Shown piece by piece: positions 28,219-36,995 of a DNA stretch of 36,995 nucleotides. The translations under genes were made by a program, and so were the position numbers. Numbering within the stretch: the first letter of the stretch is position 1; every line of letters begins with the position of its first letter. The stretch comes from Stellaceae bacterium (lineage in GTDB: Bacteria; Pseudomonadota; Alphaproteobacteria; ATCC43930; CGMCC-115725). The notes below the pieces were generated by a model that searched no databases, was not told the DNA's origin, and saw only the letters and a program-made list of their open reading frames with translations. Where the stretch lies: NCBI GenBank assembly GCA_035515835.1, contig DATJAV010000142.1:1-36995 (forward strand), read 5' to 3'.

Positions 28219-28257
28219 CCGGCGCGCGTGTCCTCTTCTCGATATGTCGCGCGCCGG
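28219..28257. terminator. Perfect 10-bp GC-rich hairpin between convergent genes (candidate bidirectional terminator)
   Basis: ccggcgcgcg (28219-28228) pairs with cgcgcgccgg (28248-28257) around a 19-nt loop. The hairpin lies between the XRE stop (28197) and the DUF1614 stop (28260). No U-tract is present. Confidence 0.4.
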
Positions 28258-28259
28258 CC

Positions 28260-29069
28260 TCAGCGCCGCTCCACATCCGCGGTTTCTCGCCGTCGAATGG
28301 GCGATGACGGAGCGTCGCCGGGCGCCCGCCCCCTCGCTTCAGAGGAAGGCGCGGGCTGCCCTTGGCTCAATCCGGGTGTCGGCAGGCTCGCCAGCAGCAC
28401 GGCCAATATGCCGGTGAGGAATATACCGTCGAAGGTTCCGGCGCCGCCGATCGAGGCCACCGGCGCTCCCAGCCCCTGTACCGAGCCGAGGTTCAGGAGA
28501 TCGGCGCCGAGCAGCGTGCCGATGCTGCCGCCAACATAAGCGAGCACCGCCGCCTGGCGCCACGCCAGGACCAGCGCGACGACCGCCGTGATGAGCGGCG
28601 GGACGAAGACCGGAATGGCAATGCCGACACCGGGCACAGGATATGCCAATAGGTGGCAAACCGCGGCGACGCAGGCGATCGCCACGAGGCCGCGGACCCA
28701 CATCCCGCTCCTGGCGAGGAGATAGAGCGACAGAACCGTCGGGATGAGCGCGCCGCCGACATTGACGGCGATCACCGTCCCCGGCCAATCCACCACGACC
28801 GGAACCACGTATTCCATACCGAAGAAGGGCACCACCTGCCCCGAGAGCATTCGCTGCTCCGCCAGCTGGGCCACGGGAATGTTGATGTAGCTGCCGAAAA
28901 GCGAGGCGACCAGGATCAGCAGCGCGGCGGGCGAGCTGATGCCGAGGCGCATATAGGCGTAACGCAAGACGCCCACCGCGAGCATCGCCGCCAGCATCAG
29001 GAAGATCCCCGCGATCAGCGCAAAGAACGGAAGCGACAGGGGCAGATAGTTGACCTTCGATACGTCCAT
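28260..29069 (-). CDS. Polytopic membrane protein, DUF1614-like
   Basis: The 269-aa ORF has several hydrophobic segments plus GGALIPTVLSLYLL and ASIGGAGTFDGIFLTGILAVLLA, which I recall as DUF1614 features. It has a hydrophilic Pro/Arg-rich tail. Confidence 0.7.
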   Translation of the reverse strand: MDVSKVNYLPLSLPFFALIAGIFLMLAAMLAVGVLRYAYMRLGISSPAALLILVASLFGSYINIPVAQLAEQRMLSGQVVPFFGMEYVVPVVVDWPGTVIAVNVGGALIPTVLSLYLLARSGMWVRGLVAIACVAAVCHLLAYPVPGVGIAIPVFVPPLITAVVALVLAWRQAAVLAYVGGSIGTLLGADLLNLGSVQGLGAPVASIGGAGTFDGIFLTGILAVLLASLPTPGLSQGQPAPSSEARGRAPGDAPSSPIRRRETADVERR

Positions 29070-29332
29070 GGGATCACCTCAGGGAGCACCGCTCTCTTTC
29101 TCCCGCGAACGCGCGCGGCGCCCGGGAGGCCGGATTGAGCGCGGAACGAATGTCCGGGGGGGCCATTCCGAAACCAGAGCGTTTGCGCTCGAGCAACCAC
29201 TCCTCCTGAAACATTTTCACCGGCATCGGCGAATTGAGGGATGAGGTTCTTCATGCGGCCAGGATGCCGCGAGGTGACATCGTTGGGCGGAAGCCTCTAT
29301 CCTCGGCGCGAGCCTGAGACGGGAGCTGATCG

Positions 29333-30067
29333 ATGACGCGGATGCAACGTTACGCCAAGGGGCGCCTGCGGGCCGCTCTTTCGCTGCTGGCGCTTCTTGT
29401 TTTGGCTGGACTCGGGCTCCGCGCGCTGCCATCGCGCGCCGAGGACGCGCGCCTCGTGCCGGCGCCGGTCGTCGATCCCGCGCCGGCGCGGGCGACCTCG
29501 GAGACGACAGTCCTTGCCGGCGGCTGCTTCTGGGGCGTGCAGGGCGTCTTCCAGCATGTCGCGGGCGTCACCAGCGCCGTTTCCGGCTATGCCGGAGGCG
29601 ACAAGGCGACGGCTCAGTACCACACCGTCGCCACGGGCTCGACGGGACATGCGGAATCGGTGCGGATCACCTTCGATCCGCGGCGGATCAGCTATGGACG
29701 CATCCTGCAGATCTTCTTCTCCGTCGCCCATGACCCGACCGAGCTCAATCGCCAAGGCCCCGATACCGGCACGCAGTACCGCTCGGCGATTTTCCCGACC
29801 GACGCGCAGCAGGCCGCCACCGCGCAGGCCTATATCGCGCAGCTCGACGCCGCGCATGTCTTCGCCAAGCCGATCGTGACCCGGATCGAGCCCGATCGCC
29901 CCTTCTATCCGGCCGAGGACTATCATCAAGATTTTCTGACGCTGCACCCGAACTATCCCTATATCGTCTTCAACGATCTGCCGAAGATCGAGAATCTGAA
30001 GGCCCTCTTCCCCGACCTCTATCGCGCCGAGCCGGTGCTGGTCGCGAAGGCCGGCGCGTCGAACTGA
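29333..30067 (+). CDS. msrA: Peptide-methionine (S)-S-oxide reductase MsrA with an N-terminal signal-like sequence
   Basis: The catalytic motif is LAGGCFWGVQGVF, followed by GYAGG and HAESVRITFDP, then YHQDFL. The N-terminus MTRMQRYAKGRLRAALSLLALLVLAGLGLRALPSRAED looks like an export signal or membrane anchor. Confidence 0.9.
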   Translation: MTRMQRYAKGRLRAALSLLALLVLAGLGLRALPSRAEDARLVPAPVVDPAPARATSETTVLAGGCFWGVQGVFQHVAGVTSAVSGYAGGDKATAQYHTVATGSTGHAESVRITFDPRRISYGRILQIFFSVAHDPTELNRQGPDTGTQYRSAIFPTDAQQAATAQAYIAQLDAAHVFAKPIVTRIEPDRPFYPAEDYHQDFLTLHPNYPYIVFNDLPKIENLKALFPDLYRAEPVLVAKAGASN

Positions 30068-30086
30068 TCGAAGTCGGAGAGAAGCG

Positions 30087-30488
30087 ATGACGAGCAAAAC
30101 CTATCCGGTGTCGCGCAGCGATGCCGAGTGGCGACGGCTCTTGACGCCGGAGCAATACCAAGTGATGCGCGCCCACGGGACCGAGGCGCCGGGCAGCTGC
30201 GCCTTGCTCTCGGAGAAGCGCCCCGGCCGGTTTTCCTGCGCCGGCTGCGGCCAGACGCTCTTCGAGGGCAAGCGCAAGTTCGAGAGCGGCACGGGCTGGC
30301 CCAGCTTCGATCAGCCCGTCGCCGGCGCCGTCGAGACCTCGGTCGACCGCAGCCATGGCATGGTGCGCACCGAGGTGCATTGCGCCAATTGCGGCAGCCA
30401 TTTGGGCCACGTCTTCAACGACGGCCCGCCGCCGACGCGTCAGCGCTATTGCATCAACGGCATCGCGCTGAACTTTACGGCGGAGTGA
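30087..30488 (+). CDS. msrB: Peptide-methionine (R)-S-oxide reductase MsrB
   Basis: Two CxxC zinc motifs are present (CAGCG, CANCGSHLGHVFNDGP). GTGWPSF and the catalytic RYCINGIAL are also seen. The protein is 133 aa with no signal peptide. Confidence 0.9.
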   Translation: MTSKTYPVSRSDAEWRRLLTPEQYQVMRAHGTEAPGSCALLSEKRPGRFSCAGCGQTLFEGKRKFESGTGWPSFDQPVAGAVETSVDRSHGMVRTEVHCANCGSHLGHVFNDGPPPTRQRYCINGIALNFTAE

Positions 30489-30499
30489 AGGTGGCGCTC

Positions 30500-30933
30500 A
30501 AGCGGCATCGCGTCTCGAAGATACTCTGTTGTTGGTCAAGTGTGATTGGGATGCACCGACCTGCGACCATTGCAGCAGCGTGCTCGCGGCGGTCAAGGCC
30601 GCTTCGCGCCGCCTTCGGCGCAACATCGCCGCGTCGACCGGATCATCCTTGCGGCGCTGCATCATCGCTTCGGCGAAGTGATGCGATGCCTTCAGGGTTC
30701 AACACCATGACCGCGATCCCGGCCGCCGCGAGGTCGCAGGCGACATCGAGGAAGTAGACCCCGGTCGCGTCGAGAACCACGCGAACCGCACGCTTGCTGC
30801 GCGACAGCGCTTTCACCAACACCGCTCAACCCGCCGCGTCGTTCTTGTACTCCGAGGCCAGAACCACCGTCTCGCCGATCGCCCTCAGGCTGCGCGCCGC
30901 GACATCGATCCCAACAATCTCGTAGCTGGACAT
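30500..30933 (-). pseudogene. Remnant of an IS110-family transposase gene (N-terminal DEDD domain only; in-frame stop, frameshift and 3' truncation)
   Basis: My translation from the ATG (complement of 30931-30933, GGGAGG upstream) begins MSSYEIVGIDVAARSLRAIGETVVLASEYKNDAAG and then hits a stop (TGA at 30826-30828). It continues AVLVKALSRSKRAVRVVLDATGVYFLDVACDLAAAGIAVMVLNP. After a frameshift it reads KASHHFAEAMMQRRKDDPVDAAMLRR. This matches the IS110 pattern VGIDVA...N...G...LEATG.Y...L...G..V.v.NP...FA.A....KTD.iDA..LA. The C-terminal transposase domain is missing. Confidence 0.7.
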
Positions 30934-31182
30934 GGGGACCTCCCTTGCCGCACCATCATGTCCGGTCCCCCCGACCCTGCACCGGCGTCAGCCGGCCTTG
31001 TATACAGGCTCCTCGCAGGCCCTTGGATACTCCTCGGCCTTGACGCTTAGGGCGGAGGGCCGCTCTTCGAACAGGATCACTCAACGTGTCCTGGGGACGC
31101 AGCGGCCTCCCGGACGAAGCCGAGTTTCCCTTCCCGGCTTCGACATACAAGGACGCACGGCGTCAACGCAATCTCTCCCACG

Positions 31183-32874
31183 TCAGAACGCGGCGACGGT
31201 CTCGTCGGCAGCAGGCATGGCGCCGTCGCCGCGCGGCGGCAGCATCGCCGCGATGGTCGCCGCGAGCTTCTCGAGGCGGAAAGGCTTCTCGAGGCGCGGC
31301 AGCGTTGTGGCCTGGCCGTTGGGGAGATCGGCGTAGCCGGTCGCCAGCAGCACCGGCAAATCCGGACGGAGCGCGTGGAGGTGTGCCGCGAGCTCGGTGC
31401 CGCTCATACCGGGCATGGCATGATCGGTGATGACGAGATCGACGCGCTGCTCGCGCTTCAGCAGCTCCAGCGCTCGCGCGGCCGACGGCGCGGAAAGAAC
31501 GCGGTGGCCGAGCTCCTCCAGCATCGAGATGCTGGCCGACATGACGAGCGCATCGTCCTCGACCAGGAGAATGCGGCAGGAGCCCTGTGCGTTGCTCAGC
31601 GCCGACGGCGCCAGCTCCGCCTCGCCAGCCGCATCGCCCTCGGCGAGCGGCAGCCACAACTCGATCGTGGTGCCCGACCCGGGGCGGCTGAAAATGCGCG
31701 CGACGCCGCCGGACTGCGCCGCCAAGCCATAGACCATGGAAAGGCCGAGGCCGGTGCCCTTGCCGACGCCCTTGGTGGTGAAGAAAGGCTCCGGCGCCCG
31801 CTTCAGCGTGGTGTCGTCCATGCCGACGCCGGTGTCGCTTACGGCGATGCAAATGTAGTTGCCTGGCGCCAGGCCTTGGATGCGGCCGCCCTCGAGCGCG
31901 ACGCGGCTCGCGCCGATGGCGAGACGCCCGCCTTGCGGCATGGCATCGCGGGCGTTGAGCGCGAGATTGAGGATGGCGAGCTCTAGTTGGTTTGGGTCGA
32001 CGCGGACCGCCGCCAGATCGTCGCGGAACTGCATCTCGATCTCGATGCCGGGACCGAGCGAGCGCTGCAGCAGCTCGGCCATGCCGCCGATGCGGAGCGC
32101 CACGTCGACCGCCTCGGGCCGGAGCTCCTGGCGGCGCGCGAAGGCCAGCATGTGACGCGTGAGGGTGGCGCCGCGCTCGGCGGCGCGGATGGCGCCGTCG
32201 ACCAGGTTCCGGCTGGGGTCGCCTCCGCCGAGGCGCTTCGCGACAAGGTCAAGATTGCCGAGGATCGCCATCAGCACGTTGTTGAAGTCGTGCGCTACGC
32301 CGCCCGTCAGCTGTCCCAGGCTCTCGAGTTTCTGCATCTCGTGCACTTGTGCCAGCGCCAGCTCGCGCTCGCGCGTCCTCTCCTCGACGCGGCGCTCGAG
32401 TTCCGCATTAGCCTGGGCGAGCTCGGCCGTGCGCTCAGCGACGCGGCGCTCGAGCTCGGAATTGAGCAGCTCCAGCTGGTGCGTCTTGCGGTAGAGCTCG
32501 GCGAAGACGCGCACCTTGGCCCGAAGCAGCTCCGGCACCACCGGCACCGGCACATAGTCGACGCCGCCGGACTCGTAGCCCTTGAGGCGGTCGAGATCGG
32601 TGAGGGCGATGGCCGAGACGAAGATGATCGCCGTCTTCTGGAAGCGGGGATGGTTGCGGATCATCGCCGCCAGCTCGAAGCCGTCGAGCTCCGGCATGCA
32701 GACGTCGATGAGAATGACGGCGATGCTCTTCTTCAGGATGTGCTCCAGCGCTTCCCGCGCCGAGCCGGCGGTGATGAGGGTCTCGCCGAGATCCTGGAGA
32801 ATGGCCTCGTAGGTCACGAGCTTTGCCGGCTGGTCGTCGACCAGCAGGATGTTGACGGGATCATGGGCGATCAT
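31183..32874 (-). CDS. Hybrid histidine kinase with receivers at both ends (REC + coiled coil + HisKA + HATPase_c + REC)
   Basis: The ATG at 32874 has GGGAGG 6 nt upstream. REC1 is ILLVDDQP...ILIDVCMPELDG...IIFVSA. The coiled coil has duplicated ELERRV...ERT segments. The H-box is LTGGVAHDFNNVL, the N-box LNLALNARDAM and the G-box DTGVGMD...GTGLGLS. REC2 is ILLVEDDALV...VITDHAMPGMSG...LLATGY...LEKPF. Confidence 0.9.
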   Translation of the reverse strand: MIAHDPVNILLVDDQPAKLVTYEAILQDLGETLITAGSAREALEHILKKSIAVILIDVCMPELDGFELAAMIRNHPRFQKTAIIFVSAIALTDLDRLKGYESGGVDYVPVPVVPELLRAKVRVFAELYRKTHQLELLNSELERRVAERTAELAQANAELERRVEERTRERELALAQVHEMQKLESLGQLTGGVAHDFNNVLMAILGNLDLVAKRLGGGDPSRNLVDGAIRAAERGATLTRHMLAFARRQELRPEAVDVALRIGGMAELLQRSLGPGIEIEMQFRDDLAAVRVDPNQLELAILNLALNARDAMPQGGRLAIGASRVALEGGRIQGLAPGNYICIAVSDTGVGMDDTTLKRAPEPFFTTKGVGKGTGLGLSMVYGLAAQSGGVARIFSRPGSGTTIELWLPLAEGDAAGEAELAPSALSNAQGSCRILLVEDDALVMSASISMLEELGHRVLSAPSAARALELLKREQRVDLVITDHAMPGMSGTELAAHLHALRPDLPVLLATGYADLPNGQATTLPRLEKPFRLEKLAATIAAMLPPRGDGAMPAADETVAAF

Positions 32875-32890
32875 CGACGGCCTCCCGCCG

Positions 32891-35800
32891 CTAGCGGTGC
32901 AACCACATGCGCAACGCCGAGAGCAGCTGCTCGGTGTTGACGGGCTTCGCCAAATAGTCGGACGCACCCGCCTCGAGGCATTTCTCGCGGTCGCCCTTCA
33001 TCGCCTTGGCGGTGAGCGCGATGATCGGCAGGCGGCGAAACTCGGGCTTGGTGCGCATCACTTGCATCGTCTGATAACCGTCCATCTCCGGCATCATGAT
33101 ATCCATCAGCACGATGGCGACGCCGGGCGTGGTGTCGAGGAGCCCGATCGCCTCGCGTCCGGTGGTTGCCGTGAGCACGCGCATGCCGCGGCGCTCCAGC
33201 ACGCTGCTCAGCGCGAAGATGTTGCGGGCGTCGTCGTCGACGAGCAGTACCGTCTTGCCGACGAGATCGTCGTCGGAGCTGTGCAGCCGCTCAAGCATGC
33301 GCTGCTTCTCGACCGGCAGGTCGGCGACGACGCGGTGGAGGAAGAGCGCGGTCTCGTCGAGGAGACGCTCCGGCGATTCGACGCCCTTCACCACCACGCT
33401 CCGCGCCATGGTGTGGAGCTGCGCGTCCTCCTCGGCCGAGAGCTCGCGGCCGGTGAAGACCACGACCGGGAGATCGGCCAAGCTCTTCTCGTCGCGGATC
33501 TGCTCGAGAAGGTCGAAACCCGACATGTCGGGAAGGCGAAGATCGAGCACGATGCAGTCGACCGGCTCCTCGCGCAGCACGCGAAGCGCCTCGGCGCCGG
33601 TCGCGACCGAGATGATGTCGATGTCGTCGTGGCCCAGAAGCTCGCTGATGCCAAGGCGCTCATCGGCATTGTCCTCGACCACGAGAAGGCGCTTGCGACG
33701 CGTCTCCGTGTATTCGCGGATGCGCGCCAGCGCCTGCTGGAGTCCCTCGGTGGTAGTGGGCTTGGTGATGAAGGAGAAGGCGCCCCGCGCGAGGCCATGC
33801 TGGCGATCCTCGTCGAGCGTCAGGATCTGCACGGGAATGTGGCGCGTGGCCGGATCCTGCTTCAGCTGACTCAGCACCGTCCAGCCGAGCATGTCGGGCA
33901 GGAAGACGTCGAGCGACACCGCGCTCGGCTGATACTCGCGCGCCAGCGCCAGCGCGTCGGCGCCGCGCATGGCGATCAGCACCTTGAGCCCGCTGTCATG
34001 GGCGAGATCGGCCATAATGCGCGCATAATGCGGATCGTCCTCGACGATGAGCAGCACGGCGTCGCCCGGCTGCACCGTCTCGCGATCATCGGGCACCGCC
34101 TCGGGTTCGGCCGGGCGCGGCGCGATCGAGAGCGGATGGAGCGGCGGCGCGCTCGGCGGGGGCGCCTGGCGCTGCGGACTCGATGGCCCGGCGTACTTCG
34201 CCGGCAGGTAGAGCGTGAACGTGCTGCCCATCCCCGGCATGCTGCGCAGCTGGATTTCTCCGCCCAGCAGGTTGGCGAGCTCGCGGCTGATAGCGAGGCC
34301 GAGACCGGTGCCGCCGTATTTGCGGCTGGTGCTGGCGTCGGCCTGCTGAAACGCCTCGAAGATGATTTTCTGCTTCTCGGGCGGGATGCCGATACCGGTA
34401 TCGGCGACCTCGAAGGAGACGACGTTGGGCGCATTGTGCAGCGTCGGATGATCGGCGCTCCAGCCGCCGGCTGCGGCGGCGATCGAGAGGCGGACGCCGC
34501 CCTGGTCGGTGAATTTGAAGGCGTTCGAAAGCAGGTTCTTCAGCACCTGCTGCAGGCGCTTGCTGTCGGTGATCATGCTGCGATCGAGCTTGGGATCGAG
34601 CTGGATGTCGAAGGAAAGGCCGCGGCTCTCGGCCTCGTGACGGAAGGGCCGCACGATGACGTCGACGAGGTTGCTGAAGAACACCTCGTCGGCGTCGACC
34701 GATACCGTGCCGGATTCGATCTTGGAGAGATCGAGAATGTCGCTGATGAGGTTGAGCAGATCCGAGCCCGCGGAATGGATGGTGCGGGCGAACTCGATCT
34801 GCTTCAGCGTCAAGTTGCCGTCAGGATTGTCGGCGAATTGCTGACCCAGGATGAGGATGCTGTTGAGCGGCGTGCGCAGCTCATGCGACATGTTGGCGAG
34901 GAACTCGGACTTGTATTTCGAGGTCTGCGCCAGCTCGGTCGCCTTCTCCTCGACGGCGCGGCGGGCCTGCTCGATCTCCTGGTTCTTGCGCTCGACCTCG
35001 ACGTTGCGCTCGGCGAGCTGCTGCGCCTTCTGCTCCAGCTGCTCGTTGGTCTGCTGCAGCTCGGTCTGGCGGCTCTGCAGCTCGCGCGCCAACTGCTGCG
35101 ACTGGGTCAGGAGGCCCTCGGTCTGCATCGTCGCCTCGATGCTGTTGAGCACGATGCCGATGCCGACGGTGAGCTGGTCGAGGAAGGACGTCTGAAGGTC
35201 GGTGAAGACGCTGACCGATGCGAGCTCGATCACCGCCTTGACCTGGCCTTCGAAGAGGACGGGAAGGACGATGACGTTCTTGGGCGCTGCCTTGAAGAGG
35301 CCCGATCGGATCGGCACGACGTTGGAGGGCATCTCGGTAATGAGCATGCGCCGGGCATCGGCGGCGCATTGGCCGATCAGCGATTCGCCGATGCGGAGCT
35401 TCTCGGGATGGCCGCCGGCCTCGTCGCCGGAATCGGCATAGGTCGAGAGGAGACGCAGATGCGACGTTCCTTCGGTCTGCAGCAGATAGATGACGCCGTT
35501 CTGCGCGTTGACCAGCGGCGCCAGCTCCGAGAGCAGCAGCTTGCCGACGGTGGCGAGGTCGCGCTGGCCTTGCAGCATGTTGGTGAAGCGCGCGAGGTTG
35601 GTCTTGAGCCAGTCCTGCTCGGTGTTGCGCTCCGTCGTCAGACGGAGGTTGTCGATCATGGTGTTGATGTTGTCCTTGAGCTCCGCCACCTCGCCGCGCG
35701 CCTCGACCTGGATGGAGCGGGTGAGGTCGCCCTTAGTGACGGCGGTCGCCACCTCGGCGATGGCGCGCACCTGGGTCGTCAAATTGGCGGCGAGCAGGTT

Positions 35801-36995
35801 GACGTTGCCGGTCAGATCCTTCCAGGTGCCGGCGGCGCCCGGCACGTTGGCCTGGCCGCCCAGCCGCCCGTCGACGCCCACCTCGCGCGCCACGGTCGTC
35901 ACCTGATCGGCGAAAGTGGCGAGCGTGTTCGTCATGTTGTTGATGGTCTCGGCCAGCGCCGCCACCTCGCCGCGCGAGCGCACGGTCAGGTTCTGCTTCA
36001 AGTCGCCATTGGCGACGGCGGTCACGACCTTGACGATGCCGCGCACCTGCTCGGTCAGGTTGGCGGCCATGACGTTGACGGTGTCGGTCAGGTCCTTCCA
36101 AGTCCCGGCGACGCCCGACACCACCGCCTGGCCGCCGAGCTTCCCCTCGGTGCCGACCTCGCGCGCGACGCGAGTCACCTCGCCGGCAAAAGCATTCAAC
36201 TGGTCCACCATGGTGTTGATGGTGTCCTTGAGCTCGAGAATCTCGCCTTTCACGTCGACGGTGATCTTGCGCGACAAGTCGCCGCGCGCCACCGCCGTCG
36301 TCACCTCGGCGATGTTGCGCACCTGCGTCGTCAAGTTGGCGGCAAGCAGGTTGACGTTATCGGTCAAATCCTTCCAGGTGCCGGCGACGCCCGGCACCAC
36401 AGCCTGGCCGCCCAAGCGCCCTTCGGTGCCGACCTCGCGCGCGACGCGCGTCACCTCGGCGGCAAAGGAGCGCAGCTGCTCGACCATGGTGTTCATGGTC
36501 TCTTTGAGCTGAAGGATTTCGCCGCGGACGTCGACGGTGATTTTCTTCGACAAGTCGCCGCTGGCGATCGCGGTCGCGACGTCGGCGATGTTGCGCACCT
36601 GGCCGGTGAGGTTGCTGGCCATGAAGTTGACGTTGTCGGTCAGGTCCTTCCAGGTGCCGGCGACGCCCGGCACCAGCGCTTGGCCGCCGAGCTTCCCTTC
36701 GGTGCCGACTTCCTTGGCGACGCGCGTCACCTCCGAGGCAAAGGAGTTGAGCTGGTCCACCATCGTGTTGATGGTGTTCTTGAGCTCCAGGATTTCGCCC
36801 TTCACATCGACGGTGATCTTGCGCGACAAGTCGCCGCGCGCCACCGCCGTCGTCACCTCGGCGATGTTGCGGACCTGCGCCGTGAGATTGCCGGCCATGA
36901 AGTTGACGCTGTCGGTCAGGTCCTTCCAGGCGCCGGCGACGCCGGGCACGTTGGCCTGCCCGCCCAGCCGTCCTTCGGTGCCGACCTCGCGCGCG
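32891..36995 (-). CDS. Large hybrid sensor kinase: poly-HAMP array + GAF + coiled coil + HisKA + HATPase_c + three receiver domains. Partial: the 5' end lies beyond the right window edge.
   Basis: The frame is open through 36995 ([21 protein letters not shown]...), so the track Met at 36949 is internal. The window holds five 92-aa HAMP-containing repeats plus a partial sixth. GAF follows ([20 protein letters not shown]...[18 protein letters not shown]). The H-box is [16 protein letters not shown], the N-box [12 protein letters not shown] and the G-box DTGIGIP...[10 protein letters not shown]. The receivers are LLIVEDDPH...[20 protein letters not shown]...[11 protein letters not shown] and LLVDDDARN...[11 protein letters not shown]...LAKPV. 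Confidence 0.9.
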   Translation of the reverse strand, partial: AREVGTEGRLGGQANVPGVAGAWKDLTDSVNFMAGNLTAQVRNIAEVTTAVARGDLSRKITVDVKGEILELKNTINTMVDQLNSFASEVTRVAKEVGTEGKLGGQALVPGVAGTWKDLTDNVNFMASNLTGQVRNIADVATAIASGDLSKKITVDVRGEILQLKETMNTMVEQLRSFAAEVTRVAREVGTEGRLGGQAVVPGVAGTWKDLTDNVNLLAANLTTQVRNIAEVTTAVARGDLSRKITVDVKGEILELKDTINTMVDQLNAFAGEVTRVAREVGTEGKLGGQAVVSGVAGTWKDLTDTVNVMAANLTEQVRGIVKVVTAVANGDLKQNLTVRSRGEVAALAETINNMTNTLATFADQVTTVAREVGVDGRLGGQANVPGAAGTWKDLTGNVNLLAANLTTQVRAIAEVATAVTKGDLTRSIQVEARGEVAELKDNINTMIDNLRLTTERNTEQDWLKTNLARFTNMLQGQRDLATVGKLLLSELAPLVNAQNGVIYLLQTEGTSHLRLLSTYADSGDEAGGHPEKLRIGESLIGQCAADARRMLITEMPSNVVPIRSGLFKAAPKNVIVLPVLFEGQVKAVIELASVSVFTDLQTSFLDQLTVGIGIVLNSIEATMQTEGLLTQSQQLARELQSRQTELQQTNEQLEQKAQQLAERNVEVERKNQEIEQARRAVEEKATELAQTSKYKSEFLANMSHELRTPLNSILILGQQFADNPDGNLTLKQIEFARTIHSAGSDLLNLISDILDLSKIESGTVSVDADEVFFSNLVDVIVRPFRHEAESRGLSFDIQLDPKLDRSMITDSKRLQQVLKNLLSNAFKFTDQGGVRLSIAAAAGGWSADHPTLHNAPNVVSFEVADTGIGIPPEKQKIIFEAFQQADASTSRKYGGTGLGLAISRELANLLGGEIQLRSMPGMGSTFTLYLPAKYAGPSSPQRQAPPPSAPPLHPLSIAPRPAEPEAVPDDRETVQPGDAVLLIVEDDPHYARIMADLAHDSGLKVLIAMRGADALALAREYQPSAVSLDVFLPDMLGWTVLSQLKQDPATRHIPVQILTLDEDRQHGLARGAFSFITKPTTTEGLQQALARIREYTETRRKRLLVVEDNADERLGISELLGHDDIDIISVATGAEALRVLREEPVDCIVLDLRLPDMSGFDLLEQIRDEKSLADLPVVVFTGRELSAEEDAQLHTMARSVVVKGVESPERLLDETALFLHRVVADLPVEKQRMLERLHSSDDDLVGKTVLLVDDDARNIFALSSVLERRGMRVLTATTGREAIGLLDTTPGVAIVLMDIMMPEMDGYQTMQVMRTKPEFRRLPIIALTAKAMKGDREKCLEAGASDYLAKPVNTEQLLSALRMWLHR
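35630..36995 (-). repeat. In-frame 276-bp (92-aa) tandem coding repeats: five units plus a partial unit at the window edge (poly-HAMP array)
   Basis: Unit boundaries on the minus strand are 36949-36674, 36673-36398, 36397-36122, 36121-35846 and 35845 to about 35630. The consensus is [74 protein letters not shown]. Units 1 and 3 share a perfect 65-bp stretch (36807-36871 and 36255-36319). Confidence 0.9.

Noticed and set aside
25257-30560. tRNA-Leu-associated integrative island with att duplication
   Set aside because: No integrase or excisionase gene is present. The only vague resemblance to the tRNA 3' end (ggtcaagtgtgattgggatgcacc near 30533-30556) matches too poorly to call a direct repeat. 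I kept only the weaker observation of local gene decay.
35630-36995. Regular 276-bp tandem repeats considered as a CRISPR array or non-coding satellite
   Set aside because: The repeats are in frame within a long ORF and encode HAMP-type helices. There are no short spacer/repeat alternations, and the period is far longer than CRISPR repeats.

Overview
GC-rich chromosomal segment. Gene content and codon bias suggest an alphaproteobacterium, probably Hyphomicrobiales/Rhizobiales-like; this is inference only. I can support about 31 intact protein genes, one tRNA, three decayed genes or fragments and a few candidate regulatory structures. Left to right: (1) a translationally coupled three-gene two-component module on the minus strand (DUF4118 kinase, single-domain receiver, REC-PAS kinase running off the left edge). 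(2) A CUT2-type sugar ABC importer operon at 3.3-10.3 kb. Its second permease is fused to a strictosidine-synthase-like beta-propeller, and a second free propeller gene follows. (3) An epimerase-fold enzyme, an SDR, a LysR regulator and an FAH-family hydrolase. (4) An entericidin-like lipoprotein. (5) SorAB-type sulfite dehydrogenase, convergent with a chemoreceptor that is co-directional with an orphan SsuA-like binding protein. (6) A DedA-DsbB-Coq7 operon. (7) An SLT-domain protein. (8) A lower-GC patch holding an orphan secreted protein and a racemase gene fragment. (9) MaoC dehydratase, an orphan receiver and tRNA-Leu(CAA). (10) A decayed variable stretch with a small conserved-looking protein, a twice-frameshifted Asp/Glu-racemase pseudogene, an XRE regulator fused to a copy of the same small domain, a DUF1614 membrane protein, msrA-msrB and an IS110 transposase remnant. 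(11) Two adjacent hybrid histidine kinases carrying five receiver domains in total. The larger kinase has a poly-HAMP array of 92-aa (276-bp) repeats and runs off the right edge. I saw no rRNA, CRISPR array, intact mobile element, integrase or recognisable defence or toxin-antitoxin system. Many long ORFs in the supplied track are antisense shadow ORFs typical of high-GC DNA, and I rejected them. The most unusual items are the permease-propeller fusion operon, the SBP-plus-chemoreceptor pair next to sulfite dehydrogenase, the small domain found both standalone and fused to an HTH, and the 552-bp-periodic sequence identity inside the poly-HAMP array. All family assignments come from motif recognition by eye. 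No searches were run.
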